Below, piece after piece: positions 18,603-30,500 of a stretch of DNA of 64,000 nt. Where the stretch lies: positions 62,001 through 126,000 of IMG/VR virus record IMGVR_UViG_3300028393_000019, one strand, 5' to 3'. Made by a program: the position numbers and the translations under genes. Each line of letters opens with the position of its first letter. Within the stretch, counting starts at the first letter, position 1. Below the pieces are notes generated by a model, which made no database searches, was not told the DNA's origin, and was given only the letters and a program-made list of their open reading frames with translations.

Positions 18603-19619
18603 ATGAGCAAAACCGTACACAGTGTAAAACTACAAGCATACGCCAGCGTTGATTTAGACCGAATAAGTTATAGCGGTGGTGATATTGTCTACGACAAAAC
18701 TAATGGCACACTACGGGTCATGGACGGCGAAACGCCCGGTGGCGGCAAGTTAGCTACACAATTATGGGTGCAAAACTCTGCAGGCACAATCACTGCTAAT
18801 CTAAAAGGCGACATATATACAGCCGGTGGTTTGCGTGTATTGGACAACGGTACAACCCTAGCCAATCCTGCGTTTTTCGGTGATGTTTATGCTAGTAACG
18901 GCACTAGTAAGATATTAGATAATGGTACTGACGGCACTAACGCATTATTTACAGGATCACTAACTGGTAATGTTACAGGAAATTTAACTGGCAATGTTAC
19001 AGGAAATTTAACAGGTAATGTTACTGGTAATGTTACTGGAAATTTAACAGGTAATGTCACTGGTAATGCAGACACTGCCACTAAACTAGCGGCTACTAAA
19101 AACATTAATAATGTAGCGTTTGACGGATCGGCTAACATAACACTTAGCACACTAGTCAATGGTACTAAAACAATAACTTTAAATTCATCTGGTAACTTAG
19201 TAATACCAGGTGCAAGTGGCGGCGGTCTGATATCGTCAACTGGTTATAATTATCTTAGTACTGTAGGTTCACTTATTATCGATGGCGATCAAGTTGCCTT
19301 AGACTATCGTGGTAACAACAATCTATTTGTTGATGAATTTGGTATTGAATTCTATACTAACTCCACTGGAACTAGCGGCTTCAACGCCAGTATATCAGCT
19401 GATAACCATTGGGCATTTGCGCCGGACGGTACAACTTATCTTCCTGGTAATATTACCATGCCTAGCGGCACTGTTAATGCCAGTGCAGTAACAACGACCA
19501 ATGATGTGACAGTTGGCGGCAACGCTGTGATAAGTACTGCGCCAACATTGACAACACACGCAACGAATAAAAAATATGTAGACAAAAAAGCAACAGCCAT
19601 GTCCATTGCTTTGAGTTAA
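18603..19619 (+). CDS. Tail fibre-like protein with GNVTGNLT repeats
   Basis: TAAATA at 18573; repeat tract; C-terminal TAMSIALS. Confidence 0.75.
   Translation: MSKTVHSVKLQAYASVDLDRISYSGGDIVYDKTNGTLRVMDGETPGGGKLATQLWVQNSAGTITANLKGDIYTAGGLRVLDNGTTLANPAFFGDVYASNGTSKILDNGTDGTNALFTGSLTGNVTGNLTGNVTGNLTGNVTGNVTGNLTGNVTGNADTATKLAATKNINNVAFDGSANITLSTLVNGTKTITLNSSGNLVIPGASGGGLISSTGYNYLSTVGSLIIDGDQVALDYRGNNNLFVDEFGIEFYTNSTGTSGFNASISADNHWAFAPDGTTYLPGNITMPSGTVNASAVTTTNDVTVGGNAVISTAPTLTTHATNKKYVDKKATAMSIALS
18960..19070 (+). repeat. 12-nt-period coding repeat (GNVT/GNLT)
   Basis: Tandem GGtAATgTtACt-like units read directly. Confidence 0.9.
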
Positions 19620-19637
19620 CCAAGGAAAAGAAGATAA

Positions 19638-22600
19638 ATGTCAAAGAAACAAATAACTAATTATAAGTTTTTTCCAGGAGCGATTCCTCCTGCTTATAAT
19701 CAATATCCAAAAACAGTAGCACTACTAACAGCCAATAGAGCTTTCCTTGTTGCAGAAACCGATGCGTATATTCGTGCCCAAATACTTGCTAATGCATCAA
19801 ACGTTTCAAGTCCCTATTATAACTATGCTTACGATGCAACTAGATCTACTAAATGTAAAAGAGATATCGGTTATAATTTAGATTCGATGGTGTATGATTT
19901 AACTCAAGGCGGTAATAGTTTATCCTATCAGATGGGTGCAAACTATTATGTCAACGGTGTTATACAGATTCTCACACCAGCCGTAGAAGTTGATGTTAAA
20001 ACTTGGTTACGTGGCAGAATTACCAATTATATCTTAACTAATACAACTTATACTAGATTAAACTCAACAGTTACACAAACTACTATTACTGGTAATGCAG
20101 GTGAGTCGACTGGCATTGCACAAACTTCTGTTTTGTTCAATTACATTATCAATGCTATCAATATTGGTCTAAGTTCGCTTCCAACCGTTATAGCACCTGA
20201 TAGTCAAAATGCCGGATTACTACCACAGACAGTTGCACTTCTAGAAGCAAACAAAAGATTTATTCAAGAAGAAGTTATTGCTTTTATTGCCTATAATGTA
20301 GCAAACAATATTGCACCATTTGCATACTACACCTACAATAAAGAAAAATGTTATAGAGACGTTAGTTATGTTTTGGAAGGATACATTAGTGATTTAAAGC
20401 ACGGTGGCAATAGACAAACATATTTTAATGCTAGTAAATATTTTGATAATGGTTATCCACAAGTAGACGGCGATAGGACTCCGGAAGTTGCCGCACATAC
20501 ATTTATTCGAGATTTAGTTTCAAACTATATTTTGACTAATGTTACGGCTACTGCTCGTAACACTAGCGTAAGTCAAGTTATCGAACAAGCGTACACTCCG
20601 GAATTAGGAGGTTCTGCACAATTTGTTGCTCTTACTAATATTGTTATCACTGTTATTACAAACGGTCTATCTAGTCTACCAACTAAAATTTCAAATCGTG
20701 GCTATGTTAAATTTCCTGGATTTTACAAACTTAAAGATTTCTTATTGATTACCAACACTAGTAGAAATACAATTCTTTATAATTTTAGTGATTCAGATAA
20801 TGCGGCAGAAGTAACATATAGTAGCGGATACGACAGTGATTTTGGCGGCGCCAGTTACGGATTTGAACAAGTTACTACTATAACTTTTAATGTCAGTACT
20901 ACTGGTATGATGGTCACTGACAATATACAAATATTTGTTGAAGGTAAAGAACAAGCAGTACGTATGAATAGTATCGGTACAGATGCTATGGAACGTATGA
21001 AGGTTGGTATTCCACAAAGTATGTTGGACGCTGACTTTGAGTACGGACTACAGCCAACCAAGTGGCAAACAATTAGTATGATGCGTAACTATCCAAGTGT
21101 ATATGAAATACCAGGTAGTGATAAAGCAGTTGTTAGTGTGTACACTGATGCATCAGCTGGTACTAGTTTTACAGGTGCCAGCCAACTGACTGTAACCACC
21201 GTAGCGGCTCATAGTTTTAGTGTTGGTGACGTGTTTACAATTAAAGCGTTAGCTAGTAGTGTCTCGGGTTTTAGTCGTGCAGAAGGTACATTCATTGTTG
21301 CTAGTATAGTATCATCTAATGTATTCACGTACTATGCAAAAAGTAAAGTTGGTTCTGTTAATCCGACACTATTAAGTTCTTCGTATACACAACTACGTGC
21401 GGCCGGATTTTATACAGGAGCAAGTGTTGGTAATCCAGCGTTTAACGTTTATTCTAATGGTCAAAGCGGTACTGTCACAACATATTTAAATTCTGCTAGT
21501 GGTAGTACATTTATTGGATTTAGCGGTACAGCACCAATAGCAGGTGCTCCTATCACCGGTACAGGTATTACTGCCGGTACACAGATCACATCAGTGTTTG
21601 GGGCAGGTGGTGCAGTAGCTAGTACAAAATTAACAACTAGTGCCGCAATTAATGATACACAATTAATCGTGGCTAGCACAACAGGAATTATTCCAGGTTT
21701 AGTGTTTGATCGAGGCGATGGCACTGTAGTTCAAGTTACTACTATCAACGGCAATACTGTTGGACTAAGCGGTCCATTAACTAGTACCATATTAGGAACT
21801 AATCAAACATATAGTGGACTATCACAAAGTGCTACAAGTGGAACAGGATCGGGCGCATTATTCAATGTTTCGAGATTGAATACTGTATATGCCGCGGCAG
21901 CGGGAGCAAGTGCTGGCGGCGGTTATATTGCTAATGATACTATTACTATTTTAGGAACAAGTGTGGGAGGTTCAACCACAGCAAATGATGTGACCATAAC
22001 AGTAACTGGTGCTAGTCCAATTAATGCTGTGGATACTTTTGACAATGCCACACTTGTTCCCGGCAGCCTGTATCTGGGCACTGAAGTAAACATAGTCACA
22101 ACTGGCGGTACTGGTACAGGACTCACTGTGGATATTACCGGCATTGGGGTTGGAGGAACAGTAACAGGCGTAGCTATCAATAATGCTGGTCAGGGATATA
22201 CAGTCGGCAACACCATTACCATCAGCGGTGGCGGCAATGCTGATGCAACTATCCAAGTATTAACTGTGCAAGCTGGCGGATTAGTTACAGCATTCTCAGT
22301 TTCAGGAACTCCAGTAACTCCCCCAACAAAGAATTTTATCAGCGCAATTGGACTGACTGACGTTACTACACAAGCTATTGCCAGTGCAAGCACGTTAAAC
22401 TATACTAGTATTGCAACTATTGAAATACAATTTAGTAGTCCTCATGGATTTGTTCCAGGTGATAGTATCACAACTACTATTAGTAGTACGGGTTCAAATG
22501 CTCAATTATCAGCGGGCGCATTTTATGTTGAGCAAGTGCCAAGTACAACTACACTACGATATACAGCAAGAGCTCCAGGAACTATTGCCAATACACTAGT

Positions 22601-25600
22601 TGGTACAGTTTATAGTCGACCAGATAGTTACTACGTGCATAGACCGCTTGATGGCGGAGTACAATTAGGAACTGGTGGTCCAGCACATGGTGCTACCGCA
22701 ATCCGTATGAGTAAAAAATATATTCGTTATCAATCGGGTAAGGGTGTTATGTATAATACAGGTGCGTTGTTCGCTCCTAGCTACGATATTCAAAGTATGA
22801 CATCTACCGGAACTACTGTAGGATCGGTCATTACAATAACCACTGACGACGTAGACCACGGGTGCCAAGTTGGTGCTATAATTCAAATCACTGGCGCAAC
22901 AACTACAGGATATAATGGAATTTATACAGTATCGACTATTATTAATGAGCGAGTTTTTAAAGTAACTGCATCACAAGTACTAGGGGCTACAACTGCAATT
23001 ATTGGCAGTCCGTGTGTAATGAGTGTGCGCAACTGGCACGGAGCAACTGTGCGTTCAGGAACATTTGATGACCAAAACGGTATGTTCTATCAATATGATG
23101 GAATACAGATGGCCGTGGTTAAACGTTCAAGTACATTCCAAATTGCAGGTACAGTTAGTATTCCGGCAAACAGCAATAGTTTAACTGGAACAAATACAAG
23201 ATTTACACAACAGCTAATTGCTGGAGATCGTATCGTTATCCGAGGTATGAGCCATGTGATAACTAATGTGATTAGTGATACTAGTGCATCGGTAAGTCCA
23301 GATTATCGTGGCGTGACAGATGTTGTAGGTACTAAAGTTTGTAAAACTATTGATTTAATAGTACCGCAGAGCCAGTGGAACTTAGATACATTAGACGGAT
23401 CCGGACCAAGTGGCTACAGTTTAGATGTAACTAAGATGCAGATGATTGGTATGCAGTGGACATGGTATGGTGCTGGATTTATTGACTTTATGTTAAGAGG
23501 TCCTACAGGCGATTATGTGTTTGCACATCGTTTCCGTAATAGTAACGTAAACACAGAAGCATATATGCGTACTGGTAACCAACCTGTGCGCTATGAAGTT
23601 ATTAACGAAGGTGCCAAGACATCGTTGTCATCTACTATTAATAGCAGTACAACTACTATACCACTGACAAATGCATTCTATTTTCCAAATAGTGGAACTG
23701 TATTGATTGAAAATGAGCTAATACGTTTTAACAATAATGACGGTACAAATTTATTAAATTGTACTCGCGGCGCAACATTAACACAGTTTGTAGCAGGATC
23801 TAGTAGAACATGGAGTGCAGGTTCAGCGACCACTCATAATACCGGAGTTGGTGTTATTTTAGTTAGTAATACAATTACTCCGATTATCAGTCACTGGGGC
23901 AGTGCATTTATGATTGATGGTCAGTTTGACAGTGACCGTGGGTATATTTTTAACTACGCGGCAACCGGAGTGGTGGCCAGTGTGGACCCTGCGACCTCTT
24001 TCTTGATTCGTCTAGCACCTAGTGTAAGTAACGCTATTGTTGGCGACTTAGGGGAACGAGAATTATTAAACCGTGCGCAATTACTATTGGCCGGTATTTC
24101 AATTACCAGCGACACTGTCAGCGGTGGTGGTGCAATTATTGTTCAGGGTATCTTAAATCCTTCAAATTATCCAACTGACCCAACTAAGATTACATGGACT
24201 GGCCTAGCATCAAGCGCGGCTGGTGGACAACCTAGTTTTGCACAAGTTGCATCAGGCGGTTCTGTAACTTGGAGTGGTAATACTAGCACAAGCAATGCAA
24301 CTGTACAGGGAGCATTTACGACTCCGATTACAGCAAGAAGTTTTGCTCCATTGACCAATACATTGACCGCAAGAAGTTTCAGTGCAACGACACAAACAGC
24401 GGCGTCACAGAGTTTTGGTTATGCATCACAGGGTATTAGCGCACAAGGATTTGCTAGTGGTAGTCCATATACCGCAGTAGTACAGTCGTTGACAGCTATT
24501 GGATTTGCCGCAGGACAACCATATGGTAATAATGCTTATATCAATGCTACAAATACAGGTCGTAGTGATATTTTAATTACTAACACTCAGTATGATGCAT
24601 TGACTGCAATTCAACCGGGAGACAGTGTAACTGGGGGCAATTTTAATGCCGCAACTACCATTGTCAGTATTACTAGAGCCTACAGTGGCGGTGCTTACAC
24701 ACGTATTGTTTTAAGTATCAATCCAACAGTAACTAGTCTAGCAGGTGCTGGAAATAACGTAATAGCTAGTACAAGTACTAACACTAGATATGTTAATGCT
24801 ACTAATACAGTGCGTACAGACATTTTAATTACCAATGCGGCGTTTAGTGCGTTAAGTCCAACACCCCAAGCTGGAGATAGTGTAACCGGTGCTAACGTAT
24901 CTGGTGGAACTACGATTTCGAGTATTACACAAAGTTTTAATGGTGGAACATATACTCGTATAGTATTAAATCAAGCTCCGTCTGCTACTAGTACAGCAGG
25001 TGCCGGAAATAACGTTAGTCTATCAGTTTCAACTGCATACAATCTTACTTACAATAGTGCTATTAGTGCAAGTCGCAACGATTTCTTGATTACAGACACT
25101 GCATATGATGCTTTGCTAGCATCAACACCGATCGCAGTCGGTGATACTGTTAGTGCATCAACTTATTTGACCGGCGCACAAACGGTTAACGGCTTTACAC
25201 GAACATATATTAATATTGGCGGAACAAATTATACTAGAATTACCATGAGTGCTGTGGGAACCAGTACCAGTCCTGCCGCGGCAACCAACGGTGCTCAGAA
25301 TATTACTATAACATTTACCAGCAGTGTCGCCGCTACATACAATACAGCATTAAGTACAAGTCGTAGTGATTTCCTAGTAACACAGGCAGAGTATGCTGGC
25401 GGTACAGCGGCAGTTACTGACGTATTAGCAGTAGCAACTTATATTACAGGTAGCCAGACCGTTTCAAATATTACAGCTAACTACACTGTTATTGCTGGCG
25501 TAAGTTATGCTCGTGTTATTATGAGTGGTAATGCAAATGCTAATAGCTCAGCAGGTACAGGAAATAATATTGCAATTACTGCTACTAGTGCAAGTAGTAC

Positions 25601-26555
25601 AACCTACGCTCGTGCCTTAAACACCACTCGAGCCGACTTTTTGGTAACTGATGCAGATTGGACATTTAGCGGAATTCAAGTAGGAGATTCCTTAAGTGCA
25701 TCTACCTACATTAACGGTGGCCAGACTATTGCTAGTGTAACTACAGGATATATCACTATTGGTGGTACAAGTCATACAAGGGTTGTTATGAGCTCTAATG
25801 CCAATGCTAACAGTACTAGTGGTGCTGGTAATAACATTGCTGTAACTGTAACAGCCGCAGGTAGTGCAAGTTCGTATGCTAGCAAGAACTTCTTGTTCTT
25901 CACTAGTAGCTCATGGTTAGCTAGCGGTGCTACTATTGGTACAAAACTCAATTCAAGTTATACAGCGTTTCCAGCGGGTTCAAGTGTAACACAGGTAGCC
26001 ACACGTATATTCAACGGTACTGCCAGTGTGGTAACGGCAGCTTCTAGCTCAGGCGGTGGAACTACACAAACTTATACACTAACGGGTACTATTGTTTATC
26101 CAGTAGGTTCAAGTGTTACTGTAACAGGAATTACGGGTGGAACTTATAATGGAACTTTTGTAGTATCGTCAAGTGTAGCTGGAACGCTGATTGTAACAGG
26201 TACTGGATCAGGTACTGCTACTGACTTTACTGGTGCTAGTGTAACTGGTGCTACCACGTATCGTATAACATTTACACAGGCCGCTAATGCTACAATTAAT
26301 GCAGGTGACACTCCGCAATTTAAATTTGGAGCGCAATACGCACTGCCGGGAGAACAGGTATTTTCATTCGTATCGAACCCTGGAAATACCGATACCTTAG
26401 ATTTACAACCCCTAAAAGAGCTTACTGCTACTGCTATCGGCGGACGTGGTACATTCCCCAACGGTCCAGACGTTTTAGCTATTAATGTATACAAAGTTGC
26501 TGGATCAAATACTAACTCTAACGTTATTATACGTTGGGGTGAAGCGCAGGCTTAA
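19638..26555 (+). CDS. Giant virion structural/fibre protein (2305 aa)
   Basis: Thr/Ser/Gly-rich; two KCxRD..Y..D...GGN modules; internal repeats; paralogue of 27562..31881. Confidence 0.85.
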   Translation: MSKKQITNYKFFPGAIPPAYNQYPKTVALLTANRAFLVAETDAYIRAQILANASNVSSPYYNYAYDATRSTKCKRDIGYNLDSMVYDLTQGGNSLSYQMGANYYVNGVIQILTPAVEVDVKTWLRGRITNYILTNTTYTRLNSTVTQTTITGNAGESTGIAQTSVLFNYIINAINIGLSSLPTVIAPDSQNAGLLPQTVALLEANKRFIQEEVIAFIAYNVANNIAPFAYYTYNKEKCYRDVSYVLEGYISDLKHGGNRQTYFNASKYFDNGYPQVDGDRTPEVAAHTFIRDLVSNYILTNVTATARNTSVSQVIEQAYTPELGGSAQFVALTNIVITVITNGLSSLPTKISNRGYVKFPGFYKLKDFLLITNTSRNTILYNFSDSDNAAEVTYSSGYDSDFGGASYGFEQVTTITFNVSTTGMMVTDNIQIFVEGKEQAVRMNSIGTDAMERMKVGIPQSMLDADFEYGLQPTKWQTISMMRNYPSVYEIPGSDKAVVSVYTDASAGTSFTGASQLTVTTVAAHSFSVGDVFTIKALASSVSGFSRAEGTFIVASIVSSNVFTYYAKSKVGSVNPTLLSSSYTQLRAAGFYTGASVGNPAFNVYSNGQSGTVTTYLNSASGSTFIGFSGTAPIAGAPITGTGITAGTQITSVFGAGGAVASTKLTTSAAINDTQLIVASTTGIIPGLVFDRGDGTVVQVTTINGNTVGLSGPLTSTILGTNQTYSGLSQSATSGTGSGALFNVSRLNTVYAAAAGASAGGGYIANDTITILGTSVGGSTTANDVTITVTGASPINAVDTFDNATLVPGSLYLGTEVNIVTTGGTGTGLTVDITGIGVGGTVTGVAINNAGQGYTVGNTITISGGGNADATIQVLTVQAGGLVTAFSVSGTPVTPPTKNFISAIGLTDVTTQAIASASTLNYTSIATIEIQFSSPHGFVPGDSITTTISSTGSNAQLSAGAFYVEQVPSTTTLRYTARAPGTIANTLVGTVYSRPDSYYVHRPLDGGVQLGTGGPAHGATAIRMSKKYIRYQSGKGVMYNTGALFAPSYDIQSMTSTGTTVGSVITITTDDVDHGCQVGAIIQITGATTTGYNGIYTVSTIINERVFKVTASQVLGATTAIIGSPCVMSVRNWHGATVRSGTFDDQNGMFYQYDGIQMAVVKRSSTFQIAGTVSIPANSNSLTGTNTRFTQQLIAGDRIVIRGMSHVITNVISDTSASVSPDYRGVTDVVGTKVCKTIDLIVPQSQWNLDTLDGSGPSGYSLDVTKMQMIGMQWTWYGAGFIDFMLRGPTGDYVFAHRFRNSNVNTEAYMRTGNQPVRYEVINEGAKTSLSSTINSSTTTIPLTNAFYFPNSGTVLIENELIRFNNNDGTNLLNCTRGATLTQFVAGSSRTWSAGSATTHNTGVGVILVSNTITPIISHWGSAFMIDGQFDSDRGYIFNYAATGVVASVDPATSFLIRLAPSVSNAIVGDLGERELLNRAQLLLAGISITSDTVSGGGAIIVQGILNPSNYPTDPTKITWTGLASSAAGGQPSFAQVASGGSVTWSGNTSTSNATVQGAFTTPITARSFAPLTNTLTARSFSATTQTAASQSFGYASQGISAQGFASGSPYTAVVQSLTAIGFAAGQPYGNNAYINATNTGRSDILITNTQYDALTAIQPGDSVTGGNFNAATTIVSITRAYSGGAYTRIVLSINPTVTSLAGAGNNVIASTSTNTRYVNATNTVRTDILITNAAFSALSPTPQAGDSVTGANVSGGTTISSITQSFNGGTYTRIVLNQAPSATSTAGAGNNVSLSVSTAYNLTYNSAISASRNDFLITDTAYDALLASTPIAVGDTVSASTYLTGAQTVNGFTRTYINIGGTNYTRITMSAVGTSTSPAAATNGAQNITITFTSSVAATYNTALSTSRSDFLVTQAEYAGGTAAVTDVLAVATYITGSQTVSNITANYTVIAGVSYARVIMSGNANANSSAGTGNNIAITATSASSTTYARALNTTRADFLVTDADWTFSGIQVGDSLSASTYINGGQTIASVTTGYITIGGTSHTRVVMSSNANANSTSGAGNNIAVTVTAAGSASSYASKNFLFFTSSSWLASGATIGTKLNSSYTAFPAGSSVTQVATRIFNGTASVVTAASSSGGGTTQTYTLTGTIVYPVGSSVTVTGITGGTYNGTFVVSSSVAGTLIVTGTGSGTATDFTGASVTGATTYRITFTQAANATINAGDTPQFKFGAQYALPGEQVFSFVSNPGNTDTLDLQPLKELTATAIGGRGTFPNGPDVLAINVYKVAGSNTNSNVIIRWGEAQA
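24520..25870 (+). repeat. Five degenerate ~80-85 aa tandem domains
   Basis: Recurring R.D(I/F)L(I/V)T ... YTR(I/V) ... GAGNN pattern. Confidence 0.8.
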
Positions 26556-26588
26556 AAATTGCATAAATATAGGTATTAAGGATCGACA

Positions 26589-27527
26589 ATGGCGAATACG
26601 CAGATAAAACTAAGAAGAGACACATCCAGTAACTGGAAAACAGTTAATCCTGTACTGGGTGCAGGTGAGCCCGGTCTTGAAACCGATACTCTATTGTTCA
26701 AGTTTGGCGACGGAACCAGTAACTACAACAGTTTGCTTTATCCAACCCTATATGCTACCCCTACCGCAGCCAGTGCCTTAACTGGAACAACTTTGCCATT
26801 GTCCTTGGTCAACAGCAGTTTAACATCAGTGGGTACTTTGACGGGATTAACAGTCAATGGCAATGTTACTGTAAACAGTCCATATGTGATTACTGGTACT
26901 GTGACCTATGCTCAAACAGCTGGAACGGCCAGTAGTGCGGCAACTGCAACCAGTGCAACCAGTGCAGGCACAGCGACCACTATAACTGGCCCTGTAGGCG
27001 GCTCAAACAATGCAATTACCTATTTAAAATCCAACGGAGCAATAGGATTTGTAACAGACCCATCTACCGGTTCGGCAGGAGTATTCTTAACATGGAACGG
27101 ATCAGGATTCACTTGGGCATCTGCACCGTCAGCTTCAGCCAGTACACTGTCGGGCGATACCTTAGCATCAGGGATATTGAACAGTAGCCTAACCAAAGTT
27201 GGAACTATTGCCACTGGCGTATGGAACGGTACAGCTATTCCTGTAGCTTATGGCGGAACTGGATCAACATCCGCCGCGGCAGCTTTGATAGCACTGGGTG
27301 CCGCACCGGCTGCAGGATCTAGTAGCATAACCACAGTGGGTGCTTTGACGTCATTGACTATTAGTGGCACAGCTGATGCTACCACAGCAAATAATGTACA
27401 GTTTGGATCAATTATAACAGCAGGTGGCATTAATGTGGCAAAAAACGCCTATATTGGCGGGAACCTGTTTGTAGGCGGCGTAAACCTTAAAGCATTGGCC
27501 TTAGTCATGGCCGCAGCCTTGGGCTAA
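26589..27527 (+). CDS. Tail fibre-like protein with Mtd_N-type N-terminus
   Basis: IKLRRDTSSNWKTVNPVLGAGEPGLETDT..KFGDG; C-terminal VMAAALG; CATAAATA upstream. Confidence 0.75.
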   Translation: MANTQIKLRRDTSSNWKTVNPVLGAGEPGLETDTLLFKFGDGTSNYNSLLYPTLYATPTAASALTGTTLPLSLVNSSLTSVGTLTGLTVNGNVTVNSPYVITGTVTYAQTAGTASSAATATSATSAGTATTITGPVGGSNNAITYLKSNGAIGFVTDPSTGSAGVFLTWNGSGFTWASAPSASASTLSGDTLASGILNSSLTKVGTIATGVWNGTAIPVAYGGTGSTSAAAALIALGAAPAAGSSSITTVGALTSLTISGTADATTANNVQFGSIITAGGINVAKNAYIGGNLFVGGVNLKALALVMAAALG

Positions 27528-27561
27528 AGATAAATAAAGATAAGTCAATACGGAGATTTAA

Positions 27562-30500
27562 ATGGCAAAAGCACAACTGAGACAGTACGTTTTTAACGCT
27601 AGCACAGGCGCAATTGAGGTACCTGGCAAGATAGATTTACAGCAGTTATTAGTAATTACAGACACTACTAAAAACGTAATTCTGTACAATTTCGCAGATA
27701 CCACATTCACTGGTACTACTGTATCATTTCCTAGAGTTAACAACACTAATTTTGTTACTTCTTTGGATAATAGCGATACTTCCACTATCATACAGCTGAA
27801 TAGTGCCGCACTGTCTCTGATCACGGCCAACAGTATTTCTAGTGGTGATGTATTACAAATTTTATATGAACAGCCATACCAAAATATCCGTATGCCAGAA
27901 ATTGGTACAGACGCATTCGAGCGTACACGTACTAGTAACCCACAAAGCATGTTGGACGCTGACTTTGAGTACGGACTACAGCCAACCAAGTGGTTGACTT
28001 ATGACCTAATGCGCGGTTATCCCAGCGTGTACGAAGTTCCAGGCACTGATCAATCAGTAACCAGTGTTACTACAGATGCATCAGCTGGTACAGGAGGTGT
28101 AGGTGAAAGTTTGATCACAGTGACCAACTCAGTTACTTTTCCAGCCAGTTGGGCAGTAGGCACTCCGATCACTATCAAAGGCTATTTGAACACAGTGCAA
28201 GGATTTGCCCGTGCTGAAGGTAGTTTTTTAATCAACACAGTCAATAATAATGTGTTAACGTACTATGCCAAGGCCAAAGTTGGTACAACCAACGGTGATG
28301 TACTAAGCTCAACTTATACCCAACTGCGTCAAGGTGCATTTTACACCGGATCAAGTGTGGGAACATCAACATTTACAGCCAGTGCAGTCAGTGCAGTTGG
28401 CACAACCAGTTCAGGCAGTATTACCACAGCTGCCACAACAGTAACCGGATCGATCTCCGGAACATTACTAACCACAAGCGGTGGTAGCCCGGCAATCGGA
28501 CAAGTGTTAACAGGTGGCGGCATATTACCATCCACTTACATTGTAAGTGGTAGTGGAAGCAGTTGGACTATTAGCTCAAGTCAAACGATTGCAAGCACTA
28601 CATTTACAGCAACAACCAACACCTTTACTGCCGCCGGCACTTCGAGCGGATTTGCAGTAGGGCAAGTATTGAGTGGCACCGGTGTTGCAACAGGTACAGC
28701 TATCATTGTTAGCGGTTCAAGCGTGGCTCCAGGTGCATTTAGTGGCACCGGCGGCAACGGAACTTATGCTGTTTTACTATACAGCAATGTGACCGGTATT
28801 ACAATCAACGGCACTACGGGATTAAGTACAATCACTGTGACTTTTGCAACCAACCATGGATTTGTTCCAGGATGTACAATTATCAGTCAGATTGCTTCAG
28901 ACTCAGGAACAAATAATCACAGTTTGGCTCAAGGTCCATTCTTTGTAGAATCAACACCAAGTTTGACTACACTAACATTTACAGCCCGCGCCAGCGGACA
29001 GATTACTGGAACACCGACTGGTGTAATTTATTCACGCCCAGATGCATTCTACCAACACAGACCGTTCGACGGCGGTGTTATGTTAGGAACTGGCGGTCCA
29101 GCTCATGGATCAATGGCAGTGCGTATGAGCAAAAAATATATCCGTTATCAATCTGGTAAGAGTATCAATTACAATACCGGTGCGCTGATGGCACCAAACT
29201 ATGACATACGCTCTATTACTGCAACCAACACAGCAATAACAACATTTACAACAACCACAACAGGCACTATCGCAAGTGGAACGTTGGCTATCACTGTGAC
29301 CAGCGCCGCAAGTGCTATAGTTGGTCAGTTGATCAGTGGTACAGGTATTGCAGTAGGCAGTTATATTGTTGCAATTAACAGCAATACATTGACAATCAAT
29401 ATTGCCACACTGGCAACTATCAATGCAGGTACTACAGTTACATTTACTCCTGGTATACAAATTATAACAGATGATACAGATCATGGCCTCCAACCAGGTG
29501 CAACTATCAACGTGCTTGGCGTAACAACCACGGGTTACAGCGGAACTTATACAGTTGGTGCTATCGTTGATGAACGTAGCTTGATTGTAGCAGTAACCAA
29601 TGTGTTGGGAAATACAACTGGTTCTATCAATTCACCATGTACTATGCAGATTACAGGACACTGGGGTGCTACAGTACGATTGGGAACATTTGACGAACAA
29701 AACGGACAGTTTTGGCAGTGGGATGGTCAACAGCTGGCAATTGGACGTCGTAGTTCGACATTCCAAATTGCAGGTACAGTAACTGCCACTGTTGATTCCA
29801 ACAGCGTGGTGGGTGCCAACTCACGTTTTACCAGCCAATTGATAGCAGGCGACCGTGTGGTAATCAAAGGTATGACTCACGTGGTCACTCAAGTGGTAAG
29901 TGATACACAAATCTTTGTAACTCCAGATTATAGAGGAGCAGTCTCTGCTTCCGGTATCAAAATGGTCAAAACTATCGATAGATTGATACCGCAGAGTCAA
30001 TGGAATCAAGATCGTTGTGATGGTTCTGGTAACGGATTCAATGCCAGCGGATACAATATCATTGTCAACAAGATGCAGATGGTTGGACTACAATGGACAT
30101 GGTACGGTGCTGGATTTATTGACTGGATGTTGCGTGGACCAGATGGCAAGTACATCACTGTACACCGTTTGCGCGGCAACAATTTAAATACTGAAGCTTA
30201 CATGCGTTCAGGTAACCAACCAGTTCGCTACGAAGTGGTCAACGAAGCCGCTCGTACCAGTTTGAGTGCATCAGCCGGATCAGGTGACAATACACTAAGT
30301 GTAACAGATGTAACATATTTTCCAAGTGCAAGTGCAACATATCCAGCCTACTGCTATGTGGACAACGAACTTATCAGCTATACTGGACGTACACTAGGAG
30401 CAACAACTCAAACAGTGGTAAATCAGCAATTGACTGCTGGTACACTGACTGGTGTAAGCCGAGCTGTAGCAATGCCAACATATGTAGCTGGCACTACTCG

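Noticed and set aside
22769-22780. Another UUCGCUCCUAG anti-RBS copy
   Set aside because: Lies inside the giant fibre CDS (codons F-A-P-S), is not conserved in the paralogue and has no evident hairpin context; treated as chance background.
26589-27527. Diversity-generating retroelement suggested by the Mtd_N-like domain
   Set aside because: No reverse transcriptase and no template/variable repeat pair differing at adenines in the window; Mtd_N alone is a common fibre anchor.
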